64,000 nucleotides of DNA, from assembly GCF_001194135.2 (NCBI RefSeq), contig NC_068995.1, forward strand, positions 1,036,913 to 1,100,912. The letters are read 5' to 3'. Every line of letters starts with the position of its first letter. The stretch's first letter is position 1. The stretch comes from Octopus bimaculoides. Lineage: Eukaryota. This document shows, one piece after another, positions 49,477 to 62,329 of the stretch. The translations under genes were made by a program, and so were the position numbers. Below the pieces are notes generated by a model that did not search any database, was not told the DNA's origin, and saw only the letters and a list, made by a program, of their open reading frames with translations.

Positions 49477-50512
49477 CCTCAGTTTTATATATACAGCCAC
49501 ACACATTCCACCCCAGCCAATTTTGAAAATGCCTACAGAAGCAGAAGTGACCATGACTTTAACCAGCATTCCTGTTGAGAAGAATGGAAAAGCTGATGCT
49601 CATGTAAAATGTCTGCAGGAGAAGACAAAAAGGACAGAGGAAGAAGAAACTGGTGTGAGGCGGGTGGGGGGAGTTGATCCACTATCAAAACAAAAAACAA
49701 AACAAAAACAGCTTCAATATAAAAGGACAGAATAGGTTTTTTTATTCATTTAGATTATATAGTAGTAGTAGTAGTAGCAGTGTATTAATGGGTATTAATT
49801 TTTGTAATTAGAAGCTCGTTCCCAGCAGTCATTAATTACAGTTGGCATGTTGCTGGGAAAAAAAGCTGTCTGTCGTTAGAGAGCTAGAGACTTTCTAAAA
49901 CAATGTTCTTCAGGTATAACAAGCCTTGCTTTAATGTCTGTCCAGTATGTCACTTATTGATGTGTCACACAGTCTTTTCACACCCTTTCTACAGAGAGTG
50001 ATCATTTATTTTTAACAATCATTTTACACTTTTATGTCCGGCAGGCCAATTTGTTGGCACTAAAACCATGCGGAAGCTAACCCTTCACTTAAGTTTCATT
50101 CTTTGCCAGTCACTTCCTCTTATCTATTTGCACATGATTTACCTTCCTTTAATAATTCACGGCAGTACTCTTTCTCCATTGTTTCTGTGCTGAATTTTTA
50201 TTGTTTAACCAGTTTTTTTAATTTTTATTGCTTAACATGGCTTAGTGGTTAGGGTGCTGGACTCATGATCGTTGGATTGCAGTTTCAATTCTTGGACCTG
50301 GTGATGTTGCTCGAATACACTGAGCTTGTAAAAATGAGTGATTCTGCAACAGACCAGCATCCCATCCAGAGAAACCAATAAACTGGCCCTGTGCTCTTTA
50401 CAGAGTAATGTGGACTGGTCAACTAGTATCCAATCATCTTTTCTGGCATATCACATCCAGTGGAGGTAGTCGAACATATATGTCACACATACAATACATG
50501 AAAGCTATATAC

Positions 50513-50889
50513 CACAGGTTCCCAACCAGTGTGCCATGGCGCCCTGAGGTGCCACAAAATATACATGTGTGGTATCATGATTCATCATTTAGAGTCAAAA
50601 AATATATTTTGATACTATTTTTTCGATAAACATTATTGTCATCTTATATTTTGTATTGTCCTCTATTTTATGTTTATTAGATCAACATTGGTGAAATAAA
50701 GAAAAATTTTTATTATCAATTCCAGGGACATAGTTTTCTTACAGATGTTATTATCCAGGGACAAAGTTTTGTTATATTGATGTTGAATCAAAAAAACAAC
50801 TGTCATGTTAGATTTTCTAATAGGGGTGCTGTGGATTTCTGAAAGGCTTCGCAAGGGTACCTCGAGGCAGAAAAGGTTGGGATATTGTG
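50513..50889. mobile_element. hAT/Charlie-like MITE
   Basis: Ends CACAGGTTCCCAACC / GGTTGGGATATTGTG (12 of 15 inverted match). 8-bp flanks CTATATAC / CTATACAG (6 of 8) fit the NTNTANAN Charlie-type target. Confidence 0.55.
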
Positions 50890-50931
50890 CTATACAGTTA
50901 CTCAACTCATGAGAAATAGTTATGATTTCCT

Positions 50932-51151
50932 TTAACCCTTTTAATACCAACCCACCTAGGTTCTACGACACAAACTTTCTGTTTAAAGTGATCTAAATTA
51001 AAACTTTTGCTGTAAAATTGTATACTAATTTATATTTCAAACACCATTTTAATAATGGTAAAGTTATTTTATTAAACTCTCCACTATTTTCAAAATTATC
51101 TGAAACATAAGATAGTGTATTTTAACAAAACTACAGTAAGAAAAGGGTTAA
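50932..51151. mobile_element. piggyBac-like MITE with intact TTAA duplication
   Basis: TTAA(50932-50935) CCCTTTT ... AAAAGGG TTAA(51148-51151). Confidence 0.7.
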
Positions 51152-52335
51152 ATCACATCCTACCATCTTAAAAAAAATCTAAAATAATCAAGTGGTGAAG
51201 AAGTCAGACAAAATAGACAGAAAAAAAACAACAATTTCCTTTGATATGAAACGGACAGAAGGGTAGAGTCCATTGAATTTGCTACAGTATATTGGTAGTA
51301 CAGTTATTTTATTAACTTTGGAAGGATGAAAGACAAAGTGAAGTTCAGCAGTAATTGGAGTAAGAAGGTAAAGGAAGATTTGACCCATCTATTAGTTCTA
51401 CCATCCCTTACCCTTAATTAAATTAATGATACCCATTAGAACACACAGCATAAAAGATCTTTTTCCTCTCCTATTTTGTACCTGGAAGAATCAGAAAGCA
51501 GAAATTTATGACAAGTCAGCAAGGCCATGTTTCAGGAAGTATTTTCTGCACCCTGCTAATGAAATGGTAAACTCATTAGCAGACCAATTTCCTAGTGTTA
51601 CAAATAACCTGATAATTAGAGTGACAGAATGAGAACTTGATCATCTTTGAGGGGGGTTGAATCATCTACATTGCCTTAATCAACCTATACTGATCATTCA
51701 TACACACACACACACAGAGAGGAACTCAACATAGCCCTGCCTATCAAACTGTCTAACCCATGCCAGCATGGAGAACAAGTGTTAAGTGATGATGTATATT
51801 ACATTCTCAAGTATAAGGTCACAGAAGTAGTGCTTCTGGCTCCTCAGAACACTAAACTTATCTTGTTTCTCTGCCCTATCTCATGTACTGCATGACTAGT
51901 AACTAACATGTTCTCGTGCAGGAGAGCTTTCACAGCAACCAAACTTCATAAGCAGCTGGAGATTTTTGTTCATGCCTTTTAACAGGCTCTTGCTCGTTTT
52001 CATTATCCTCATTCCTACAAAAGCAGCAAAGAGAGAGAAACGGTTGGGTGACAGACTAAATATCTAGTTCTCTGTCTCTTGGAAAAAGCAGAACTAAGCT
52101 GTATGAGGCTGATCTGCTACTACAGTGATGCAATTCTACACATGCAAAGCACCCCTCCCTCCATACACACACAACAACGCAGAAAAGTTAGCTTGCAACA
52201 CCAAATCTCCCATTTCCTTTTCCTGAAGAGGAGGTCTTAACCCCGAAGTATCGAAATATAAGATAAAAGTACAAACCACTGACTTATCTCTCCCATAATT
52301 CATATTGTTTTAGTTTATCAAAAAATAAAAATATT

Positions 52336-52376
<41 letters not shown>

Positions 52377-52423
52377 CATATAAATACAAATTCCACTCCA
52401 TCTCTTCCTGATTATAAAATGTG

Positions 52424-52860
52424 CACCAATCACACACTGGTGTCACTTCAGTGTCAATGATAGCCTTTCCCTACAATGTGTGTGGCCTTGTACCAATGCA
52501 GTAAGATATTATCGTTATCTATTTCAAGTGGAGTTGGCACAAAAACTGAAAAGTCAAAATAGACGTTTCACTGATGCTAGTTTGGGATTTCAGGTTCTAA
52601 GTTCAACTCTAGGCTTAAGTAAGTTTTCATCCTCTAACTTCATAAAATGTTAAGTAACCAGTTGCCACGGTTGCCATAAAATAAGATACGATAATTATTA
52701 CATCAAACTCACTTCAGCAAAACTAATTTTGTGCTTAGTTGAAAAAAATCACTAACATTATTCTCAGTGCATTATTCTCTTACTGCATTGGTACAAGGTC
52801 ACACACATTGTAGGGAAAGGCTATCATTGACGCTGAAGTGACACCAGCGTGTGATTGGTG
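52424..52860. mobile_element. MITE/fold-back with 83-bp inverted arms
   Basis: 52424-52506 and 52778-52860 are reverse complements with 3 mismatches, with a 271-bp spacer. No clear TSD. Confidence 0.8.
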
Positions 52861-53344
52861 AACAGATTTGAACATGTGACCAAAGAGATAGTAGTGGAAC
52901 TCCTTACCTAGTAGGTCATACTACCTCTATACAAATTCCCATTTGTCAAATCATAGCTGGCTGGATGGAACCAGTAAAAGAGTATATAACCACATACATA
53001 AAAGTGTGTGTATATGTATAGATAACAGAGTTTAACATCCATGTTTTCCCCACTTCCTTCACTGTAAAAGAAATAAAGCCATGCTTTTTTGATAAAAGAA
53101 AATCTGTAAATGCATTCCTTCAAATACACAAACCATTTGTTCCTTTGTTGGATAACAAACCAAATTCACTTTTAAGAGTCTGAGCATGGCCACAGCATTG
53201 GGATGGGAACTAAAAATAATACATTTCTGAACAATCTACTAATGAATATTTTCCATTGAGATATATGTACATGTATATATACATCACCATTGTGTGTGTA
53301 TGTATATACATATATATACACATACAATGTATGTATTGCATTGA

Positions 53345-53355
53345 GATAGACATAC

Positions 53356-53410
<55 letters not shown>

Positions 53411-53453
53411 ATATATATATATAAACACACACAATATATATATATAAACACAT

Positions 53454-53501
<48 letters not shown>

Positions 53502-53505
53502 TACA

Positions 53506-53544
<39 letters not shown>

Positions 53545-53575
53545 CAGACATACAAAATATGTATATATATATATA
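53345..53575. repeat. Compound (GT)n/(AT)n/(AC)n microsatellite complex
   Basis: Direct reading. A further (GT)n lies at 53694-53745 and (GTAT)n-(AT)n-(GTAT)n at 58155-58280. Confidence 0.95.
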
Positions 53576-53691
53576 TCTGCAGGCAACATGATGAGCTTTG
53601 AAAAGAAGCAGTGTAGTCAAGCAGAAATAGCTCAACATGAAAATCATATGAAGGCCTTGTAAGAAATATCAAACTCCAAAGATGAAAGAGA

Positions 53692-53748
<57 letters not shown>

Positions 53749-53970
53749 CATGCGTGTGCACATGCGCCTGCATGCATGCATGTGTTGTTTACTTCACTGA
53801 CAAGACCTATGGAAGATTGTTTTGTCCATGCTGTGCATATAAATCCACTGAATCTTGTTTTACAGATCTGAAGAGAATGATAGGAAAGAAGCCACAGCAA
53901 CAAAAAAAACAAAAACTAAACAAAATGAACCCTGGCAACAGTTTTCAACTCAGTGACATAATGATAATAA

Positions 53971-54001
<31 letters not shown>

Positions 54002-57000
54002 TCTTTACGTCAGTAATAAGGGAGACTACAACACTGTGGACACCTTTAACAAAGCAAGCAGTTCACCTCGTAGTTATGGCCAAAGACACATTTGAAAGGG
54101 TTGAACATAAGATTATCTCTCTGCTCTCTACTCAAGTTCTTATCAACTTCAAGTTCCACTCGAAGTGGAGGGTGGGGAGAAAGATGCTTCCCTCCAGCAA
54201 ATATGATAAGTGAATCCTAGTGTTGAGTACGTCCATGTAAGAGGGCCAGACCTTGAAATGTACTTCAGGAATGCAGTGAGGAAAGGGTAACTGCCTAGAA
54301 TGCAAAAGGTGGGTGGAGGTTTTAGAATGCTTTGATCCACCACAGGTGATGCTTCCTCTCACCTTTATCTTATAGAATGCATTAAAATGTTTAACCTGTT
54401 GTTTCTAGTTGTATAATGTTTTTGATTCGTGTCCATTCAGTGTGCGTATATATCCCTACATCCCCACATCTAGGGATGTATACACACTGCTCCATGATGT
54501 TTTGCATTATGACAGGCCCTTGTGGCTAATAAAAAAAAAAATTATCAATAGTAGAAGCAGCAATAACAGCAATGTCTTTAATGGTGGAGGAGGAGGAGGA
54601 GGAGGAGGAGGAGGAGGAATAACAGCAGCAATAATAGTGGCTCCTTAGATGTTTTAATAATGGTTTCTTATAATAATAATAATAATAATAATAATGATAA
54701 TAATAATAATAATAATTTAATGACGTAAAATATTTACGCATGAATTGATATCAGCAAAATAGTTTTTCCTTCCTTTTTTAATTTTCTGAATAAGAAGAAA
54801 GAGACAATAGAAGCAGTAGCAGAGTGACTGTGTGTCTTTTCTTTCTTTTAATTACACAATAATAGCAGGGGAAAAAATGGATTTGCTGTATCTCTGGCAG
54901 AAAATGTGATAAGTTTAGTGGGAATGCAAAAGAAAAAGAAATGAGAAAGAGAAAAACCTCATAAACTCATAAAACTATTTCTGAATGAGTTTTATATCTT
55001 AAAAGTAAAATTAAAAATTGTGAAAGTTACTAAAAAAGAAAACAAAATAAATAAACCAAATTTGGCCTCTATTATTATTAACTAACATATGGAGATATTT
55101 ATTAGGACTGATAAATCACAAGTATGGAAGGTTCTAAGAGATTTCTAGGAAGACCAAAGAAACTATTCACAATAGATTTCTTTAAAAAATAATATATACA
55201 AAAGAGAAAAACAAACAAGGTGGACTGAAAGAAAATTCCTAGCAGATCTTCATCAATCAAATTAACATTGAGACACACTGCTATTTCTAGCAGGGCTGAA
55301 TTCTCATCCAGTTTTGTAATGTTAACAAGGATGTTGCTTTAAAGCTAATGTCAATGGACCTTGAAAAACCTCAGAAAATCTGCTCCCAGTCCTAGTTTAA
55401 TGACCCAGTTTGGGATTTTTGTGTCAGCAAAACTTAAACCTTTGCTTATTGAAGCAATTGTTTGTTTGTTGTTGTTTAGCCCCAGGTCAGGACAGGCCTC
55501 TAATCAAAAGCCTTTCCTTTATGACAGTCCCGTCTTTTATTAAGTGTCCAAGTGACAGCCAGTGTTTCAACCCACAACACTGTGTCTGTAATAGCAGCAG
55601 TGGTGTTCCATTGATCGGATCGACTGGAACACTCATTGCCATGATTAATTCAAAACAAGGTAAATAGACAAACATTAAATTTGACAGAGTAATCCAAATG
55701 CTAAAGGATCAAACGCAACACCCTGCACAACCAGTTCTTTATAAAATTATATGCCATAGAATATGGTACTAGGCTGCATTGTATAATCTACAAGTCCTTC
55801 ATGAAATCTGGCTGCTAGGACAAAAACCTGCCCCAAACTGACTTAACATACATGAAGTATGTTATGTAACGGCTCAACAAGACACCAACCCACCAATGTA
55901 ATATTGGTCGTTATCAGTTTAATATTGAATACATTCTGAACATGGAAACCTGAATTTTAAACTGATTTTCCAGTTACTGGTGATGATGTTTGGAGCTTGT
56001 TCAACTTACAAAGTGTACCTTATTTGTGGGTGGGGTGCACATGAGGTATACTCTTGACTGGACAATGAGAATGATCTGCTGGGTACTTAATAAAATAAGA
56101 TTATATTGCAGCTATCAGGTACGTTTACATATAAACGGCTATATTGAGAAGATGCAATGGTAAAAGAGAAGACAACGGTTCGACAATTAACACCATCCAA
56201 ACTAAGGCTTGGTAGCGAGGCTTATATGCAATGTGTGTTTCCATTGCGTTTCTGTTAATGTTTCTCTATCAGTTTCATCATGCTAATGTATCTGCATGAA
56301 TTGTGATTACAAGTCTTTGATTTGTGTGGGGGTTTTTTCTCCCTTTTCTACAACTCACTGGTTTTACTAATGTCAATCATCATAACCTGTGAAGGTTCAC
56401 TGAAGCCCCTCCAAAAAACAAAAAACAAAAAAAAGAGAGACGTGGTGTTGGTGCTGTAACAATCACCAGAGACATAAAGCTCTAATAACTTAAAGAGATA
56501 AAGTTTAAAAAAACAAGAAACAAAGAGCATAATTATCAGTTTATAGAAGAACAACAAAACAGACAGCAATCACTCCTCAAACGTTCAATAGATTATAAGA
56601 GTAAGGAGAAAATATCTTCTAATGAGAAGAAAAAACAGATTATTATTATCATCACCATTGTTGTTGTTGTTGTTGTTCAGTAGCGTTGTCTAAAACACAT
56701 TAAAATCACATGAATCAAAGTTTGCTTGGTATTTAACCACAGGAAAGCCATCTATTAAAGGCCAGAAGCAGAGGACATTTCAAAATTACGTTATAGAATA
56801 ATAACAGTTGCTAAGGTTATTTCAGCTCATCAAACACATCCTTAAAACCTTAATACTGGTGTTGTTTACTTCCATCGCAGAGCCACGACCGAGGAGGCCT
56901 ATAATCCACAGCATTCCAGCTGTGGCCATCCTGTCTTTTAGTATAACCAGTTCAAGGACTACACTGTGTCGAATATGTCCTTCAAAGGTAAAGATGGTGG

Positions 57001-57282
57001 ACATAGAAGAGGGGTGAGGGTGGGGGGAACACCATGATAAAAATGAAATAAAAAAGAATTGTTCAGAGATGAGATTTATATTTATGAAAGGAACAGAGAA
57101 AGAGATGCAAGGAAATGTAAATATATTAGAGAGAAAAAGAGAGAAGAGGGAGAAAGAAACAATGGGTTGATCTGGAGGAAAGGACCCCACTCGGAGCTTT
57201 TGAAGTTCTTTAGAGGCCTGCAGTTAATGTTCTTCTTGAATGGTTGCAGGAAAATGTGCAGAAAGGAAATTCTGAAGCGTTA

Positions 57283-57905
57283 ACATGGCTGTGTGGTTAA
57301 GATGCTCACTTTGCAACCATGTGGTTCCAAATTCAATCCCACTGCACAGTAGTCTGGGCAAATGCTTTCTAGGACATAGCCTCAGACCAACCAATGCCCT
57401 GAGAGTGAATTTGAGGTCAGAAGGAAAGTTATCTACGTGAGTGTGTGTATGTGTCTGCTCCACAGCTTGACAACCTGAGTTCAGGTCTTGTTTGAGGATG
57501 GTCCAAGTCTCAGCACTGTAGAGGAGGACAGAGAAAACCAGCATGCAGAAAAGACAATCTTGGGTGAAACAAATTGAGGAAGACCTGAAGTCGCAGCACC
57601 TCAAACACAAGCATGCTAAGGCGAACACCATGGATTGGAAAGTGTGGAATATCATTACCAGAGCCCAGCACCCACAGCAGCATTATTGGTTGAGAAGACA
57701 GCCCCCCCCTCGTCAAGTTGTCAGCTAGGGATTCAAAGAAGAAGAAAAAGACAAACTGTTGGTTTGTTTATGTCCCCATAACTTAGCAGTCTGGCAAAAG
57801 AAACTGATAGAATAAGTACGAAATTTTAAATTATATGTTGATTTGTTTGACTAAACTCTTCAAGGAAGTGCTCCAGCATGGCCCCAGCCCAATAACTGAC
57901 ACAAT
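57283..57905 (+). mobile_element. Family A SINE interrupted by an RTE insertion
   Basis: 5' part 57283-57477 ends at TTGACAACC. The 3' part resumes at 57750 (GACAAACTGTTGGTTTGTTTATGTCCCC..GTGCTCCAGCATGGCC). Confidence 0.8.
57478..57749 (+). mobile_element. 5'-truncated RTE-type LINE with 5' inversion, (GAA)n tail and 9-bp TSD
   Basis: 57478-57545 reads VFSVLLYSAETWTILKQDL on minus and 57543-57700 reads KRQSWVKQIEEDLK..DWKVW on plus. Tail TTCAAAGAAGAAGAA. Flanks GACAACCTG / GACAAACTG. Confidence 0.75.
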
Positions 57906-57918
57906 ATAAAATACACAC

Positions 57919-58120
57919 AAGGTGGCGAGCTGGTGGAAACAGCACACCAGGCAAAATGCTTAGCAGTATTTCATCTGTCTTTACGTTCCGAGTTCAAATT
58001 CCATTGCCTTTCATCCTTTCGGGGTCGATAAATTAAGTACCAGTTGCATATTGGGGTCAATCTAATCGACTGCCCCCTCCTTCCCAAAAATTTTGGGCCT
58101 TGTACCTAGAGTAGAAAAGA
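57919..58120 (+). mobile_element. Near-full-length short tRNA-head SINE (family B reference copy)
   Basis: AAGGTGGCGAGCTGG (A-box-like), GAGTTCAAATTCC (B-box-like), 3' CCTTGTACCTAGAGTAGAAAAG. Confidence 0.85.
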
Positions 58121-58196
58121 ATATAAAATACATGCACACACATACATATATACACAAGTGTGTGTGTGTATGTATGTATGTATGTATGTATGTATG

Positions 58197-58279
<83 letters not shown>

Positions 58280-59599
58280 TTATACAAACATGTACCTATA
58301 TATATATATCATGCCAACTTAAAGCAAAAATCAATCCTCAAAAAATAAGTATTATCACAACAACTGGTCTGTAAGAGACAAAACTTTCTGCTTAAAATAA
58401 AGTTTGTTTTAATTGGAGAACAAAGAAATGGGTTGGGATGGGTCAGTGGGTTAAATGATGGCCTCAAAAGTTCATTGAGACAGAATCAGGTTCACTAGCA
58501 CCATCTAATCATCAATTAATATTCCTACCTCTCTCTCCTCCATGTTGGATAAGAACTGGCACATCATATAATTTTTTTTGTTTCTTTTTCAATTCTAGCC
58601 ATCTTGTTAGAATGGTAACCTGACCTGTAACAGTGGGTCAGCATTTTGGGATCAAAGTGACAGTAAGAGGTGTAACATTTTCAGTTTGTTTAAAAGTTAG
58701 TGTCTAATGAGAACAGGTGAGAAAAGAAATGAGATGGGGTGGTAGGAGAAGTAGTATGAAATGATTGGTACAGTGTTTGAAGAAGGAAGGCGGAGTTAAT
58801 GAGTTAAGACAAAGAGTAGCCCTTGTTAAAGACCAGAATCAATGAATAGTAGAAGGGAGGCAGAGAGGACAAGAGGTTGACTATTTTCAGGAAGGAAGAT
58901 GTTTATTTATCAAGCAGACAGGTTCCCCTTTTAAATGTGGTCAAGGTTAGCTTTGACAAACTGCACAGTTTCAGCAGATTTCATTTATACTGAGACATCA
59001 GTAAATGCTGACTTGCTGCAAGACCATTGAGGCAAATTAACAGAAATAAAAACAATATCTCCCTGACAATGAGGGGATATTTTCAAAACTGAAAGCACAT
59101 CACCTCCCCACAAGTGTTACAATCCATGTTGAGTAAAAAAATAAATGCTATTCCTCCTCTGTGACTTTGTGTATACCATTAGCAGGAATATGAATGTCAC
59201 TGCCTTCCTCCCACAGGTTATTATATAGTGGGTAGCACAATTCTATTTGGTCTGCAAAATATTTCCTGCTTTCACTTGCTAATAATGTGTGAAAATCTTG
59301 TAAATAGATGGAAATATCAAGTTAAATGCTACACACACACACACACATCAACAAAGTATAAATACAATTGAATGTTTTCTGGTCAGCTCTGAAAGAAGTC
59401 GACCATATCACAGGAAAAGTAAGCAAGGAGTGGAAAGGAGGAAGCTAAGATTGCTGTAACCAACAGATCTGTGGATACAAATGAGAAAATGGATAGCAGA
59501 AAGGGTATTTGTTGTAATAATTACAGCAAAATATTCCACAACATTTCAACCAAAACTAGCATGGGAAAGAAATGTGAATGAAAAACATCATCATGGTAC

Positions 59600-59950
59600 A
59601 GGCAAGGCTGTGTGGTAAGAAGCTTGCTTCTCAACCACATGGTTCCAGGTTCAGTCCTACTGTATGGCACCTTGGGCAAGTGTCTTCTACTATAGCCTTA
59701 TGAATAGATTTGGTAGATAGAAACTGAAAAAAGCCTGTCGTGTGTGTGTGTGCATGCACATGCATGTGTGAGTGTCCCACCAACACTTGACAATTGGTGC
59801 TTGTGTGTTTATGTCACCATAACTTAACAGTTTGGCAAGAGACTGATAGAATAAGTACTAGGCTTTAAAAGTATTGGGGTCAATTCATTCACAAAAAATG
59901 TAGGGCAGTGCCCCAGCATGGCCGCAGTCTAATGACTGAAACAAGTAAAA
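59600..59950 (+). mobile_element. Long CORE-type SINE (family A), CpG-depleted copy
   Basis: Collinear with 25205-25590, with only 2 CpGs left. Confidence 0.88.
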
Positions 59951-60959
59951 GAAGAACAAACACCATTTAGCATCCACTCTTCCATCCTTGCATGGATGAA
60001 ACGGAATCTATTGAGGCCCTTCCTGTTTCCATGCAGAGTAATATTCCACCCTTGGCCAGACATGTTTTCATGGAAGATTGGAAACAAACAGCATCACTTA
60101 TATGACAGTGATGCTCATTTACAACTACTCTCACATGATGTTAAAACAGGGTACACAGAAACACAAACACACACACGATGGGCTTCTTTCAGATTCTATC
60201 TACCAAATCCACTCAGAAGGCTTTGACCAGCCTAGGGCTAAACTAGAAAATGCTTGCCCAAAGTGCTACACTGTGGGATGAAAGCCAAAACCACACATCC
60301 ATCCATGCCTACACCTCTAGATTAGAAGAGAGATTTTTGAAGTGTTATAAATAAATAAGCAATATGGCAGAGTGATCAAACATCAAGTGGTTATCAACAA
60401 CACTAAACTGGTATTTAAAACACACTTGCCAAGGATTGATTTAGATGCAGTAAACTGCAGGAAGAAAAGTTGACTTTAGAAAATGAGAAGAAAAAAAAAG
60501 AGAAGAAAAAAGAAAACAACAGAAAGTGTTGTGTTGTAGGTTTCGATTTGGTATATTTATATAAGAGGAGGTTCAGCTAACCTTACCTGTTTCAGTTCAA
60601 TGATCTAACCAAAATATTTATACAGGGTTTATAGAGGTTTCTGAAGGACAACAACTGATGTACACCTGGTTGAGCCAGCTTTTAATAGAAACCACACTGA
60701 ATGACAATGGTTATTTGCCCCGGAATTTAACAGCTGTGAAGATCTCTTAACATAAGACTAATGTACAAAACTATTTCCCTGAATCATTAAGCTCTTAGTA
60801 ACATATAGACTTTGCATAGGGGAATCCCAGGGCTCTCAGTAATTTACAAGCTCTGCTCAGAGCAGTGCTTTTCGAAGTTGGACAAGGTAATAATCTATAT
60901 TTTGACCTTGTGGCCAACCATAACAGCCATCCCATGATTCTCTCTGCCCGCTATTTCCA

Positions 60960-61200
60960 GAAGGTTCTTCAGGCACCTCCTCCATACAGAAGCAACCATC
61001 ATTAATTAGACTTTCTGGCTGAATTCCTAAGCATGACCAGCTGAGACAATGTATTTTATCCAACCATCTCATTCTTGGTCTCCTCTGAGGTTTCCAGACA
61101 GTTGACTTGGCTTCATGAATCTATCTTGTGACTCTTTTTCTGCAATATTCTAATAATATGTTAGTTGTACTGGAGCTGTGATCTTTCAGTCAAAATCTCA
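60960..61200 (-). mobile_element. RTE (Rex3/Expander-like) LINE C-terminal fragment
   Basis: RPRMRWLDKIHCLSWSCLGIQPESL resembles the GRPRTRW.D.I..L.W.RLGI.PE motif. Confidence 0.5.
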
Positions 61201-62329
61201 GACCTCTACGTTGCTTTTAACCAATCAAACGGCTAACTTTATGACTTTGATCTACTCAAAAAGAACTGATGTTAGAAACACAACAGGTATTTCATCAAAA
61301 TCATTAGCTTTGGCAAAACCTTTCTAACATACCACACAACAGTTATCTAAAAGAAAAATAAACTAATAATAATTATCATTATTTAAAAGGAATAAAATAT
61401 TCATTAATTACTTAATTCTTAAAAAATAGAACTTCATGATAAAATGTGATTTTGCTTTTTTTCTACTCTCCAAAGAATTTCTTTTGAAATATTTGGCACA
61501 CTAATCCCATTCCTGCAACAATATTTATGGACAGGAAGTAACAACCACATCAACAACAGATATTTTCATCCAACCTAGCTAAATAAATAGATTTGACGAG
61601 GAAACATCCAGCCGACAGCAAGAATTACACTGCTTTCTAGTCAAGATAGAAATTTGATAATTGGCGGCAATGGAAAAATGGAACCTAGGAGAAAGTGATA
61701 GAACAGGAAAGGAAGAGGGGGGGATTTCAAAATATTTAAGGAATAACATTCCAAAAAAAAAAAAATTTTTTTGTTTAATGTAGAAGATGGTTATAGTAAA
61801 ACGCAATTTATAACAATGATGTGAACACTGACGATGAACAATTACACTGAAGACGATAATGAAGAGTTAATCCAGACTTCCAGACTTAATGGTAATGGAA
61901 TCTAGTAAAGAAAAAGAAAAAAAAAACATTCTGCCACAATAATTTCTCATCTCACTCTTTAAAACACCCATGTTGTTTAGAGAAAGTATTTTGCTTTATT
62001 TTTAATTTTCTTTTCTTTTTACAGAGGCAACACAATTTTTTTTTTCTCATGCCTTTTACCATCTGGTCAGAACTTTAATAAGAAACATCTTGAGAATTTT
62101 ATTAAGTTACCAACAAATTCAAAATTTAACTTAATATTACACTACTTTTTTTTAAAATTTGTTTTTTTTTTCTTTATATTAATTCAACTTGGAGAAATAA
62201 CAAGGTTTTGGAGTTTAAACAAAAAATATTTTAACATCTTTCAACACCATTCTTACATGTTAGCTTGGGGTTCTTATAAATTTTTAATCTGATATCTAAG
62301 GGAAATCATCAGCACTAGGTTGAGCTTAT

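Noticed and set aside
49817-49860. TTCCCAGCA..TGCTGGGAA inverted repeat
   Set aside because: Only 9-11 bp of stem and no extended pairing, too short for a pre-miRNA or MITE call.
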